From positions 1-64,000 of the IMG/VR virus record IMGVR_UViG_3300020172_006270: DNA of 64,000 nucleotides; one strand, written 5' to 3'. The position numbers and the translations under genes were made by a program. Shown here piece by piece: positions 36,626-46,330 of the stretch (within the stretch, counting starts at the first letter, position 1; each line of letters opens with the position of its first letter). Under the pieces are notes generated by a model. The model was not told the origin of the DNA. It was given only the letters and a program-made list of their open reading frames with translations, and did not search any database.

Positions 36626-37218
36626 TGAACAGCGCATTCCAGTGGATGTTCAGCCCGGACAACGATAAGGTTTTGATCTTGATGCGTGGGGTTCCCGCAT
36701 CAGGCAAGAGCCATCGTGCGCTTGAATTGGCTGGCGATGATCCTTCTGTGATCCACTCTGCCGACCACTTTTTCGGCGAAACCCCGGAAGAGTACGTCGC
36801 CAACTGGTCCATTGAAAAGCTGGGCATGGCTCACAAGCAGTGCCAGAAGAACATCCGTATGCGAATGCAGCGGCAGCTTCCTTTGGCTATTGTAGACAAT
36901 ACCAATACGATGGTTCGGGAAATCATGCCATACTTCGAGATGGCGGTTCAGTACCAATATCGTGTTCAAATCGAAGAACCGACTTCGCCTTGGTGGGTCA
37001 ACGATATTGCTCCATACCTGGAGAACAAAGAAAAGAACCGTGGTCAACTGGAGAAGATGGCTAAGTTCCTTTGGGAAAAGAACCAGTTGACTCATAAGGT
37101 GCCGTTGGAAAGTATCAAGAAGATGCTGTTCCGGTATCACTACAACGTCACTGTTGAGCAATTGGCAACCATGTATGCTCGGAATGCTGGTATTCCGAAG
37201 GACGAGCCGCATGAGTAA
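36625..37218 (+). CDS. P-loop polynucleotide-kinase-like protein (N4BP2/AAA_33)
   Basis: MRGVPASGKS, SADHFF, VDNTN, HKVP. Confidence 0.85.
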   Translation: MNSAFQWMFSPDNDKVLILMRGVPASGKSHRALELAGDDPSVIHSADHFFGETPEEYVANWSIEKLGMAHKQCQKNIRMRMQRQLPLAIVDNTNTMVREIMPYFEMAVQYQYRVQIEEPTSPWWVNDIAPYLENKEKNRGQLEKMAKFLWEKNQLTHKVPLESIKKMLFRYHYNVTVEQLATMYARNAGIPKDEPHE

Positions 37219-37429
37219 AATCAAAACCACCAATGTTGATTTGAACAGCTTGGAGCCAACATATTTCAAGCTGGTGTTGACCACTTCGTTCTCGCCTGAA
37301 GAAATTCAGAAGTTGAATGAATTGGGCGGTGAACTCAAATACGATGGTGGATTGACCGCTCTCATTTTGATTCCACCCTTCAGAATTGAAGAATTCGCTC
37401 AGATCGAATCCATTCTTGAAGTTCGATAA
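37211..37429 (+). CDS. Hypothetical protein
   Basis: Coupled ORF starting MSKIK. Confidence 0.5.
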   Translation: MSKIKTTNVDLNSLEPTYFKLVLTTSFSPEEIQKLNELGGELKYDGGLTALILIPPFRIEEFAQIESILEVR

Positions 37430-37445
37430 AACTAATCCCATGCGG

Positions 37446-37453
37446 GCTAAATA
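37446..37453 (+). promoter_or_regulatory. Late-type promoter GCTAAATA (leaderless)
   Basis: 5 nt before ATG 37459; no RBS. Confidence 0.5.
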
Positions 37454-37458
37454 CTCGC

Positions 37459-38232
37459 ATGGGATTATCTTTTTCTAAGTGGTTGGTCGTCAGCGAGGTC
37501 TTTAGACTCGATCTAGGCCACGTTTTAACGCTCGCAGAAGCCCTGGAACTCTCTCCAGAGGCCCAGGCACGCATTGATAAGACCAAATCAGGCTATCAGC
37601 CAGGACCGCACTCCAGCGATCACCTTGTCGCTGCAATCCTTGGCTACAAGCCTGCCGCCATCGTTCTCTATGCTCATCATCCCGAAAGCCCCGCTGCGGC
37701 TATCGTCACGGATGCACTCAAAAAGGGCGATTCAGGCCGCATTCAGGCCGAGCTTCTTGCTCATGGAATTAAGGTTAGACCTGATTTTCACATTATCCAT
37801 ATGAATCTTCCTGGATATTCAACTGCAAATATCATGGTGGGCGGCAAAGCAGCAGTTGAAGAGTTATGGAAAGTCTACCAATGTCAGTTTTATTTGGATC
37901 AAATAAGTTCTGACGACCATTCTGCTGTTACTCCTGAAATGATGGCCAAAGTAAACAATGTTATGCGTGGCAGATGCGAAGTTCTCTGCAAGAGGGGTTA
38001 TGGCGGCATGAATTGCCAACCAATTCATAAAAGAATTGGGGAATTACTCGGATACACAGACCAGCAAGTTGATGACTTCCTAAAATCAATGGGAGGGTTT
38101 AAGCACATGCCGGATGTAGAATACCCGTTTGAATTACCACCAGCTTTGGCTGCTGCACCAAAGAAAAAAGGCTTTGAACCTCATGAGTCAAGAAACCACT
38201 TTATTCGATCTAAAGCCCCCTCGTTTATTTGA
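37459..38232 (+). CDS. Hypothetical protein, possible internal head protein
   Basis: FSKWLVVSE N-terminus; KPAA...IGELLGY. Confidence 0.65.
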   Translation: MGLSFSKWLVVSEVFRLDLGHVLTLAEALELSPEAQARIDKTKSGYQPGPHSSDHLVAAILGYKPAAIVLYAHHPESPAAAIVTDALKKGDSGRIQAELLAHGIKVRPDFHIIHMNLPGYSTANIMVGGKAAVEELWKVYQCQFYLDQISSDDHSAVTPEMMAKVNNVMRGRCEVLCKRGYGGMNCQPIHKRIGELLGYTDQQVDDFLKSMGGFKHMPDVEYPFELPPALAAAPKKKGFEPHESRNHFIRSKAPSFI

Positions 38233-39196
38233 CTATTCTGTTAAACCCAAAGTTCTTTATGTGGCCGACGTTCCTAACTGGAGTTTCGACATCAAAGGAC
38301 ATCAATACAGAAAGTATCTTCCTCAGTTTGAAATAGACATCGGTTATGCTCGTCGTGATCTCGCCCCGGAATATGGGTATTGGGAAGACATGATGAGGAA
38401 AAAGAAGTACGATGTTGTCTGGCACCTTCACGGCTACAATGTGCCGAGCTATGACCGCTGGTCCTCTTTTGTCCACGATCAAAATAGACGTGGCACACAA
38501 ATCATTCTTACTCAAAACGAGGTCACTCCATTGGAGTCAATCAAGAATGACTTGCGACGATATGCTGTCTTCAATGCTCTATCTGTCAATAATCCCTGGG
38601 CGCATGAGAACTTCACCAAAGCTGGCTTCAGTAATGTTTACACAACATTTGACGGCGTAGATTTGCATGTCTTTGGTCACGACATTCCAATTCAAAAAAG
38701 AAAGTTCAAGGTGTTCTTTTCATCGAGCATCGTCCGCCTCGATCACAAAGGCTATCCAATTTGGCAACGAGTGAAAGAGTTGCTTTCGCATAGAACTGAC
38801 ATCGAGTTTGTCGAGCTTCTTACTGACTCATTTAACAATAAGCGAACGCCGGAAGAAATGAATGCTTTGTACAATGAATGTCAGGTGTTCGTATGTTTGT
38901 CTATTTCTGAAGGTGGACCATGCACTCTGCACGAGGCCGCAGCTTGTGGGTGCGTCCCCATTATGACAAAGGTTGGTTATTGCGATTACTTCAAAAATCT
39001 ATTCATCATTGATCGCAACGCTGAAGCCTGTGTGGAGAAGATCGTCTTCTTGAAAGACAACCCAAATATTTTGGTCAAGATGTCACGAGGTATCAGCAAG
39101 GAAATATTGCCCTGGCACGATAAGTTCATGTCCCAACATTGGGGAAACTTTGTTCAACAATCTTTGTTGAAAAAGAAGGGCATTAAGTTGCCATGA
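38183..39196 (+). CDS. Glycosyltransferase family 4
   Basis: GVD, HKG, SISEGGPCTLHEAAACG. Confidence 0.85.
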   Translation: MSQETTLFDLKPPRLFDYSVKPKVLYVADVPNWSFDIKGHQYRKYLPQFEIDIGYARRDLAPEYGYWEDMMRKKKYDVVWHLHGYNVPSYDRWSSFVHDQNRRGTQIILTQNEVTPLESIKNDLRRYAVFNALSVNNPWAHENFTKAGFSNVYTTFDGVDLHVFGHDIPIQKRKFKVFFSSSIVRLDHKGYPIWQRVKELLSHRTDIEFVELLTDSFNNKRTPEEMNALYNECQVFVCLSISEGGPCTLHEAAACGCVPIMTKVGYCDYFKNLFIIDRNAEACVEKIVFLKDNPNILVKMSRGISKEILPWHDKFMSQHWGNFVQQSLLKKKGIKLP

Positions 39197-40098
39197 AAAG
39201 TGCCATTGTAAGTATTGTTCGTAATGAATCTGACATTATTGAGTTGTTTGTTAGGTATCATGCCAGAATATTCGATCATGTATTCATTATCGACCATCTA
39301 AGCAAAGACGGCACATCAGAGATACTTGCATCTTTGGTCAAAGAAGGCTTGCCTCTTACAGTAACGCAATCGACTTCTTTCTATCATGCTCAAGGCGAGG
39401 CAATTACTGTGCTTCTTAAAGAAATCCGACAGAAGCATAAGCCATCCGTTTTAATGGCCATTGATGCCGATGAATTTGTTGTGGGAGACATCCGACAGGC
39501 TGCTCACGATTTGCCTCGAAACTTCCCTTGTACGCTGTCTGCTTTATGGTGGAACTACGCTCCAACCAAAGATTTGAATCTCCATGTGCTAAGAGACATC
39601 TGTTATCGAAATAAACAGATCAACCCAAACCAGCATAAGACTTTAATTCCAGGTCCGATATTGGATATGAATGTTCACATGCGAGAAGGTTGTCATGAGG
39701 TATATTTTGGAGATGTTGTATTGCGAATGGTGATTTCGCCTCATCTTCATTTGGCTCATTTCCCAATTCGCTCGGCAGAACAGTTCATGAAAAAAGCCCT
39801 GGTTGGCTGGACGGCAAAACTAGCTAATCCAGCCAATCGAGGGCTACGACCAGATTGGTCACATTGGAAGATGTTCTTTGATCGTGCTAAGAAAGGGATC
39901 GCTCTCTCACTAACTGAGTTGCAGAATTTGGCACTCGGCTACACGGTTGACCATCTTGCAACTGAGAGTGATCTGGTGCTTGACCCGGTAGCAAGTGACG
40001 GACTTGACATAAAATACCCATGCGACGACAAATACCTGCCATTTGAAGCCCTGGCTGACGCCGCTGAATTGCTGGCCGCTGAACTTGGACGGGCTTAG
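39193..40098 (+). CDS. Glycosyltransferase family 2 (2_4-type)
   Basis: VRNESD, DHLSKDGT, IDADEF, HFPIRS. Confidence 0.88.
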   Translation: MKSAIVSIVRNESDIIELFVRYHARIFDHVFIIDHLSKDGTSEILASLVKEGLPLTVTQSTSFYHAQGEAITVLLKEIRQKHKPSVLMAIDADEFVVGDIRQAAHDLPRNFPCTLSALWWNYAPTKDLNLHVLRDICYRNKQINPNQHKTLIPGPILDMNVHMREGCHEVYFGDVVLRMVISPHLHLAHFPIRSAEQFMKKALVGWTAKLANPANRGLRPDWSHWKMFFDRAKKGIALSLTELQNLALGYTVDHLATESDLVLDPVASDGLDIKYPCDDKYLPFEALADAAELLAAELGRA

Positions 40099-40777
40099 GG
40101 TTAAGACCCACAAATCGCTCATAGCCGCCTTCGTATGTCACTCCCCATAGGTGATCGCAATATACTGGCCCCGGTCCAGTATACATCGACCCAGCATAGT
40201 GCTTGGGAATGAAATAATGTGAAGGATGCACCTTAATGGGATACTTGTTTGATTGAACAATATGAGTAAAGTAAGCAGGGCCGACATACCACCATGCTGG
40301 ACTCGCCACCTTATCAATCCCCTCAATACATAGGTTCATCAATTCGCATCGAGGCTGACAAGCCATAAAGCCACAGGCAATCAGACCACCACGTTGCTTC
40401 TCTCCTTCATAGACCGACATGCAATCATACTCGAACAATTTGTTTTCTAATGGCCTAATGCAAATTGTGTCGGCGTCTACGAAAAATCCACCCATGCGGT
40501 GAAGTATTTCGTATCGCATTATGTCGCACTTCCCATTAGGCTCAGACATATAGTCAAGTTTTTCTTGATTGCGAAACTTCCATTCCTTGAGTGTTTTGTC
40601 TGTCCACAATATGTGTTTCCACCCAGGATTCTGTTCTTTCCAGGTGTTAATCAGGTTCATTGGAGGATTTTCGCCAATCCACATTTGGTGAATGATCTTA
40701 GGGATCATCTTGCTTTTCTTCGGTGTATTTTCACCCAGCGGCCACCATAAATGGTCTGGATTGTAATTTGGCATCAT
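39887..40777 (-). CDS. GT32 (OCH1-like) glycosyltransferase; alternative start 40708
   Basis: IPKIIHQMW, DIMRYEIL, GGFFVDAD, VGP, HLW. Confidence 0.88.
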   Translation of the reverse strand: MMPNYNPDHLWWPLGENTPKKSKMIPKIIHQMWIGENPPMNLINTWKEQNPGWKHILWTDKTLKEWKFRNQEKLDYMSEPNGKCDIMRYEILHRMGGFFVDADTICIRPLENKLFEYDCMSVYEGEKQRGGLIACGFMACQPRCELMNLCIEGIDKVASPAWWYVGPAYFTHIVQSNKYPIKVHPSHYFIPKHYAGSMYTGPGPVYCDHLWGVTYEGGYERFVGLNPKPVQVQRPAIQRRQPGLQMAGICRRMGILCQVRHLLPGQAPDHSQLQDGQPCSRVPNSATQLVRERSLS

Positions 40778-40791
40778 TTTTTCCGAACTCC

Positions 40792-40799
40792 ACTATATA
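40792..40799 (+). promoter_or_regulatory. Late-type promoter ACTATATA
   Basis: Upstream of the collagen-fibre genes. Confidence 0.4.
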
Positions 40800-40844
40800 A
40801 AACGACTGCTTGACGCTGCTTTAAGAGAGTGGAGAAACAAAAGA

Positions 40845-42323
40845 ATGCCAATAGTAATAACGAAACCAGTGCTTACAGCAACCTATTTAGTGGTTGATGA
40901 GAATGGCACTGTTATTTCGTCTCACCCTCAAAATATCGAGATCGAGTCAGTAGACGCCGATAGTTTTTTGCAAGCTCTAAGTGATTTGATGCTGGCAAAA
41001 GACGGCCTTGAACTCACCGCTAGTGAAGTTCATATGTTGATACGCACTGGCAATATGATTTCTCTCGGTAACGTCCAAGCTGCCACTCTCGGCGTTCAGA
41101 GCCAATATCAATTCCCCACAGCGGTTGGATCGACCGGGCAGGTTATTGGGTATCAAGGCACGAGCCAGTTGGCATGGGTTAACTCAGGTAGTGGCGCTCA
41201 AGGCTTTCAAGGAAACCAAGGCGCACAGGGCAATCAAGGCGCACAAGGAAATCAAGGCAATCAAGGAAACCAGGGGTTTGCAGGCTCGGTTGGTTCACAA
41301 GGTTTTCAGGGCAATCAAGGCAATCAGGGAAATCAAGGCACACAAGGCAACCAAGGGAACCAGGGATTCCAAGGTTCTGCCGGTACTGTCGGAAATCAAG
41401 GATTTCAAGGTAATCAAGGTAATCAGGGAAACCAAGGAACACTAGGAAACCAAGGCAACCAGGGATTACAAGGTTCTGCTGGTACGGTTGGTTCACAAGG
41501 ATTCCAGGGAAACCAAGGCAATCAGGGTAATCAAGGCACTCAAGGCAACCAAGGAAACCAAGGCAACCAAGGAAACCAAGGAACCGCTGGATCACAGGGT
41601 TTTCAAGGCAACCAAGGCGCACAAGGTAATCAGGGAAATCAGGGCAACCAAGGCACACAAGGTTTCCAAGGCAATCAGGGTAATCAAGGAACTGCTGGCG
41701 CACAAGGATTCCAGGGCAACCAAGGCAATCAGGGAAATCAGGGCAACCAAGGCACGCAAGGTTTCCAAGGCAATCAGGGCAACCAAGGAACTGCTGGCGC
41801 ACAAGGATTCCAGGGAGTTCAAGGCGCACAAGGAAATCAAGGATCACAAGGAAACCAGGGCATTTCTGGCTTAGGGTTTAGTGTTCCTTATACATTCAAC
41901 ACAAGCACAGTGATGTCGGCGGCTTCTGGAGAAGTTCGATTCAATAATGCTACGATTGCATCTATTACCAATATCGACATCTCAAGAACAGATCGCAATG
42001 GTGCTGGTCAGCAAGCTGTGTTGGATCGCATGTCATCTGGCACATTGTTTAGATTCTCTGCCGAAGCTAGTGCTACACAATACAACTTCTTCCAAGCCAA
42101 TAGCGTAACGAAGAATGCTCAAGATTATAACTTTGCTGTTGCATACTTGTCGAACAATGGATCGTTGTTCTCTAACTCAGCAAATATTGGTTTGGGAATT
42201 GCCATGATCGGCTACCAGGGCAATCAGGGCGCTCAAGGCTTCCAGGGCTACCAAGGCTTCCAGGGCGCTCAAGGCGCACAAGGACACCAGGGCAACCAAG
42301 GTAATCAAGGAGGAGGCATATAA
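40845..42323 (+). CDS. Collagen-like (G-X-Q)n fibre protein
   Basis: Long GNQ/GFQ/GAQ triplet run flanked by non-repeat domains. Confidence 0.88.
   Translation: MPIVITKPVLTATYLVVDENGTVISSHPQNIEIESVDADSFLQALSDLMLAKDGLELTASEVHMLIRTGNMISLGNVQAATLGVQSQYQFPTAVGSTGQVIGYQGTSQLAWVNSGSGAQGFQGNQGAQGNQGAQGNQGNQGNQGFAGSVGSQGFQGNQGNQGNQGTQGNQGNQGFQGSAGTVGNQGFQGNQGNQGNQGTLGNQGNQGLQGSAGTVGSQGFQGNQGNQGNQGTQGNQGNQGNQGNQGTAGSQGFQGNQGAQGNQGNQGNQGTQGFQGNQGNQGTAGAQGFQGNQGNQGNQGNQGTQGFQGNQGNQGTAGAQGFQGVQGAQGNQGSQGNQGISGLGFSVPYTFNTSTVMSAASGEVRFNNATIASITNIDISRTDRNGAGQQAVLDRMSSGTLFRFSAEASATQYNFFQANSVTKNAQDYNFAVAYLSNNGSLFSNSANIGLGIAMIGYQGNQGAQGFQGYQGFQGAQGAQGHQGNQGNQGGGI
41193..41861 (+). repeat. 9-bp degenerate collagen repeat (GGN-NNN-CAR)
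   Basis: Directly visible ggcaaccaa/ggaaatcaa units. Confidence 0.9.
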
Positions 42324-42324
42324 A

Positions 42325-43929
42325 TTGATAATCACGATTAAACCACAAATATCGGTTAGACTTCTTAAAGCAGATGGTGATACCATCCTGTCTGCTCATG
42401 ATAAATCTATCGACGTTGATTTGGTTGCCGATGATTTCATCTCTGCATTCAATACTTTGTTTGCCGACAAAGACGATTATCAACTTGTTGAAAGACCTAT
42501 TGTTTCGACCAATTTCTTATTGGTAAACAATAATGATGTTGTTGTGGCAACTCATCCACAAAGAATTGAACTTGGATTGAACATCGAGAGCTTTTTGGAT
42601 GGCATGAATAAGCTGATCGAAATTCGAGATGGCTTAGGCGGCGTGAATGCGTTGCTCACAATGGGCAATATCATTTCACTCGGCAATGTGCAGGCTGTAT
42701 CTCTTGGCATTCAAAGCCAGTATACGTTTCCAACGACAGCCGGAGTGACTGGACAAGTCATTGGCTATCAAGGCACATCTCAATTGGAATGGATCAGTGG
42801 TGCTACTGGTTTGCAAGGCCCTCTTGGTCTTCAGGGTCGGCAAGGAAATCAGGGGAATCAAGGCAACCAAGGCACGCAGGGCTTCCAGGGCGTTGGATCG
42901 CAAGGCTCGCAAGGCTTTCAAGGCAACCAAGGTCGTCAAGGAAACCAGGGCAACCAAGGCAATCAAGGCAACCAAGGATTTCAAGGTGTTGGATCGCAAG
43001 GCTCTCAAGGCGCACAGGGAAACCAAGGTCGTCAAGGAAACCAGGGGAATCAAGGCAACCAAGGTACACAAGGTTTTCAAGGGTCTGGCTCGCAAGGTCT
43101 GCAAGGCGCTCAGGGAAACCAAGGCAACCAAGGTGTACAAGGCAACCAAGGAACGCAAGGCAACCAAGGCCGACAAGGAAATCAGGGAGCCGGTCTGCAA
43201 GGCGCACAGGGAAACCAAGGTCGTCAAGGCAACCAAGGAAATCAAGGCAATAGAGGCTTACAGGGTCCGCAGGGCCGACAAGGAAATCAGGGAGCCGGTC
43301 TGCAAGGTCGGCAAGGCAACCAAGGAACACAAGGAAGACAAGGCAACCAAGGCAATCAAGGCTTTCAAGGTCGCCAAGGCAACCAAGGTTTAGGACTTCA
43401 GGGGCGACAAGGCTTTCAAGGCAACCAGGGGAATCAAGGCTTTCAAGGCAATCAGGGAGTTATCGCTCCTGGGTTTGTGTTGCCGCTCGCATTCAACACA
43501 AGCACCGTAATGTCGGCGGCATCTGGAGAGTTGAGATTCAACAACGCTACTGTTGCATCTGTGACCAATATTGACGTGTCGAGAACCGATAGAAATGGTT
43601 CTGGTCAACAGGGCGTGCTTGATAAATTTGGTAATGGCACTTTGTTTTTCTTTACGTCTGAAGCGGTAGCTTCTCAGTATAGTTTTTTCACTACTACTGG
43701 CGTGACGAAGAATGCAAGTGACTATAACTTCAGCGTTAGCTATATTTCTAATGCTGGTACTTTGTTTGCTAACTCACAAAATGTGAGTATGGGTGTTGCT
43801 CTGCTTGGATTCCAAGGAATCAGCTTGCAGGGCGCTCAAGGCTTCCAAGGACGCCAAGGCTCTCAAGGCTTCCAAGGACACCAAGGCAACCAAGGCGATC
43901 CTGGTGGTCCGGTTATTGAAGACCCTTAA
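42325..43929 (+). CDS. Collagen-like (G-X-Q)n fibre protein, paralogue of 40845..42323
   Basis: Shares GNxISLGNVQA...GQVIGYQGTSQL and FNTSTVMSAASGE...SRTDRNG. Confidence 0.88.
   Translation: MIITIKPQISVRLLKADGDTILSAHDKSIDVDLVADDFISAFNTLFADKDDYQLVERPIVSTNFLLVNNNDVVVATHPQRIELGLNIESFLDGMNKLIEIRDGLGGVNALLTMGNIISLGNVQAVSLGIQSQYTFPTTAGVTGQVIGYQGTSQLEWISGATGLQGPLGLQGRQGNQGNQGNQGTQGFQGVGSQGSQGFQGNQGRQGNQGNQGNQGNQGFQGVGSQGSQGAQGNQGRQGNQGNQGNQGTQGFQGSGSQGLQGAQGNQGNQGVQGNQGTQGNQGRQGNQGAGLQGAQGNQGRQGNQGNQGNRGLQGPQGRQGNQGAGLQGRQGNQGTQGRQGNQGNQGFQGRQGNQGLGLQGRQGFQGNQGNQGFQGNQGVIAPGFVLPLAFNTSTVMSAASGELRFNNATVASVTNIDVSRTDRNGSGQQGVLDKFGNGTLFFFTSEAVASQYSFFTTTGVTKNASDYNFSVSYISNAGTLFANSQNVSMGVALLGFQGISLQGAQGFQGRQGSQGFQGHQGNQGDPGGPVIEDP
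42808..43458 (+). repeat. 9-bp degenerate collagen repeat
   Basis: GNQ/GRQ/GLQ triplets. Confidence 0.9.
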
Positions 43930-43930
43930 A

Positions 43931-44143
43931 TCATGGGCTTTTGGTATTAGTTGCATCAACTGGCGTGTCATCGGCCTTGCCGACATCGGCATTTTCCAAT
44001 ACTTTGTTGATGTAGATGATGTAGTCTTCTTGCCCTGCTTTATATCCTTGGTGATAACCAACGACATAGCCGCAAGTGATGTACACGAGTGCCAACAGCA
44101 TAAACAATAATACTGATGGTATTTTCTTAATGAATCTCATCAT
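43931..44143 (-). CDS. Small membrane protein
   Basis: TM segment followed by GYHQGYKAG. Confidence 0.6.
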   Translation of the reverse strand: MMRFIKKIPSVLLFMLLALVYITCGYVVGYHQGYKAGQEDYIIYINKVLENADVGKADDTPVDATNTKSP

Positions 44144-44445
44144 AGTGATTTCACATAATCTTGGATTTTGAAGTAATCGCCGACGATACGTCTAATGCGT
44201 TCGTCGGCATCTTTGTAAAGGCGATTACGGCGACCCCGTTCTTCATCGCCTTGTTCTTGCACGAACTTCTCGAAGCCGCACAAATAGCACCACACCCAAT
44301 ATCGTTTGTTTCTCAGTTTTTCAATGACATAGCTGTGGTATGCGTCCCAACTGAGATTCCATTTCTTGAATAATTTGGAGTAGCGTTCCTCCATCATCTT
44401 GATTTGGTTCTCGTAAAACTCTGGCTCGTAATCAGGAGTATCCAT
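44140..44445 (-). CDS. Hypothetical protein
   Basis: Coupled to the helicase stop. Confidence 0.6.
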   Translation of the reverse strand: MDTPDYEPEFYENQIKMMEERYSKLFKKWNLSWDAYHSYVIEKLRNKRYWVWCYLCGFEKFVQEQGDEERGRRNRLYKDADERIRRIVGDYFKIQDYVKSL

Positions 44446-45893
44446 TAGAAATCAATTTCCTTAATTTTGACTTCGTGACCTTCCTCAGTCAGAATTTTAA
44501 TTCTTTTCTTTGAGTGATCCTGGAGATAATCGTTGATTTCAAACAGGAAGTCATAATAGTTCAAATCTTCTTTGTCATCAGCGGTACGAAGACCTCGACC
44601 CATTCTTTGAATAATCAAGTGGTCGGCCTGACCGCCAGCAGCGTTAATCAAATTATGAACAAATACGTTGATGCCGGTATTGAAAATTTGTTGCGTAGCA
44701 ATCGCTATACATTCTTTATCCTTTTGAAGTTGCTTCACAACACTCTTTCGGGTTGCCTGAGTATCTTTTCCCTGAACCCAGATACTTCCCGGCAGCAGGT
44801 TATGTAGGGCATCTCCGTGAGCAATTCGATCCACCAAGATCAAAGTTCTGCCAGTCTGCTTCTTGGCCAATCTAGTTACAATTTTATGGAAGTGATAGCT
44901 TTCAGCAATACCTCTGGTTACGGCATCAATATAGATGTCGTGAGGAATCATTGGTTCTCTGATCGGATAAAACGTACAATTCGAGTTAGAAAGAATGCCT
45001 CTGCCTTGAAGCTCGGCAGTGGTCAATACGCCTGTCGCCGCACTCTTTACCTTGAGGATAGGGCCAAAGAATCCTCGAACGTGGAACTTCTGCACGTTGT
45101 CTTTGCCGCCGAATTTGAATGGTGTGGCACTAACGGCGACTCGCACATCGCAGGCTTTTAGACGACGATATACAGCTTTTGGCAAAGCACTCATCATATC
45201 GTGAATTTCGTCTACGATAAGCACTTTGATCTTAGGCAAAAGTTTTTCAATTTTGGCAACACTTTGAACGCTGGCAACCGTGATAATATTTGGATTGGCC
45301 GCACCGCCCCAAAGAGTGCCTACATTATTGAATCCCCAATTTTTGATTTCATCGTAGTTTTGTTGAGCCAACGTAACCCGGTTTTGCAAAACAAGAGTAG
45401 GTGTCCCAGGCGGGATAGATTTTAGAATGCCCAACATGATGAATGTTTTACCAGCACTCGTCGGAGCATAAATGACTCCACGACGATGCTTGAGGACTTG
45501 ATTGACCAATTCGACTTGGTAATCATGTAATATAACTGGCTTCATTGGGTCGCCGCCCAATGTTGTAGCTGGTAGCCATTGATTCAAAAAGTTTTGGTCG
45601 ATTGAATCAAAAAGGAAAGGAGTCTTTTTTCGGTTATCTTCTACAGTGAAGTCAACTTTGAAATGTCTGAGAACAGCGGTGACTTCAGGAAGTAAACCTG
45701 TGAGAAACTTACCTGTTTCGAGAGCGAAGAATTGGATATAACCGTCCCACTTCCGCATTTTGTATGCACGGTTATGGAAGTAGTTCCGGTCCCTGAATCT
45801 CAGACGATCCCAAATCTCGTGCTTCGTCTGTAGGTCTTCCGACAGGAAATACGAGTAATCGTTCTCTATTCTCAATATGTTCGTGTTGCTCAT
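44445..45893 (-). CDS. uvsW: SF2 DNA helicase, UvsW-like
   Basis: DYQ, APTSAGKT, DEIH, SATP, TGIN, QRMGRGLR. Confidence 0.88.
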   Translation of the reverse strand: MSNTNILRIENDYSYFLSEDLQTKHEIWDRLRFRDRNYFHNRAYKMRKWDGYIQFFALETGKFLTGLLPEVTAVLRHFKVDFTVEDNRKKTPFLFDSIDQNFLNQWLPATTLGGDPMKPVILHDYQVELVNQVLKHRRGVIYAPTSAGKTFIMLGILKSIPPGTPTLVLQNRVTLAQQNYDEIKNWGFNNVGTLWGGAANPNIITVASVQSVAKIEKLLPKIKVLIVDEIHDMMSALPKAVYRRLKACDVRVAVSATPFKFGGKDNVQKFHVRGFFGPILKVKSAATGVLTTAELQGRGILSNSNCTFYPIREPMIPHDIYIDAVTRGIAESYHFHKIVTRLAKKQTGRTLILVDRIAHGDALHNLLPGSIWVQGKDTQATRKSVVKQLQKDKECIAIATQQIFNTGINVFVHNLINAAGGQADHLIIQRMGRGLRTADDKEDLNYYDFLFEINDYLQDHSKKRIKILTEEGHEVKIKEIDF

Positions 45894-46018
45894 TTTTTGT
45901 GTCTATCGCCTGAGTTTGTATCGTCTTCCTGGCACGGGTTATTCTACCAGATTTACTGCCTCTTGTACCACTCCGTTTTGACCCACAACACATGGCATTT
46001 CCTCACTTAAAATAACTT

Positions 46019-46330
46019 ATGTCAAGTATATATGCCCCTGAAATCGTGTTGAACATACAATCACATCAAATTGTTCCACAGCAGCGTAAGCTAAAAGCTG
46101 TATGGTCAGTAGAGGCAGCACAAGATTTACAGTCTTGGAATACACCAGAACAAGAATTGGCTGATTTGATGGCGCAAGAAATTGCGAACGAGATCGACAA
46201 GGAAATCCTTGAAGACCTCGCTCGCAATGCACGGGAAGCCGCTGAAGAGGAATTACGGTTTAAGAACCGGAAAAAGAAAATCCTGCCAAGGTCTATCAAT
46301 GACGATTGGCAGGTTTCAAGGTTTGATTAA
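46019..46330 (+). CDS. Mini-protein containing a T4 gp23-like major capsid segment
   Basis: RKLKAVWSVEAAQDL...ELADLMAQEIANEIDKEIL resembles gp23 RQLKAAYSIELAQDL...ELSGILATEIMLEINREV (recalled). Confidence 0.7.
   Translation: MSSIYAPEIVLNIQSHQIVPQQRKLKAVWSVEAAQDLQSWNTPEQELADLMAQEIANEIDKEILEDLARNAREAAEEELRFKNRKKKILPRSINDDWQVSRFD

Noticed and set aside
41125-43393. Alternative-frame ORFs over the collagen genes
   Set aside because: Shadow ORFs created by the 9-bp repeat.
45772-45993. Small basic ORF MCCGSKRSG upstream of the helicase
   Set aside because: It has a GAGG RBS and may be real, but it overlaps the helicase by 122 nt and has no recognisable motif, so it was not called.
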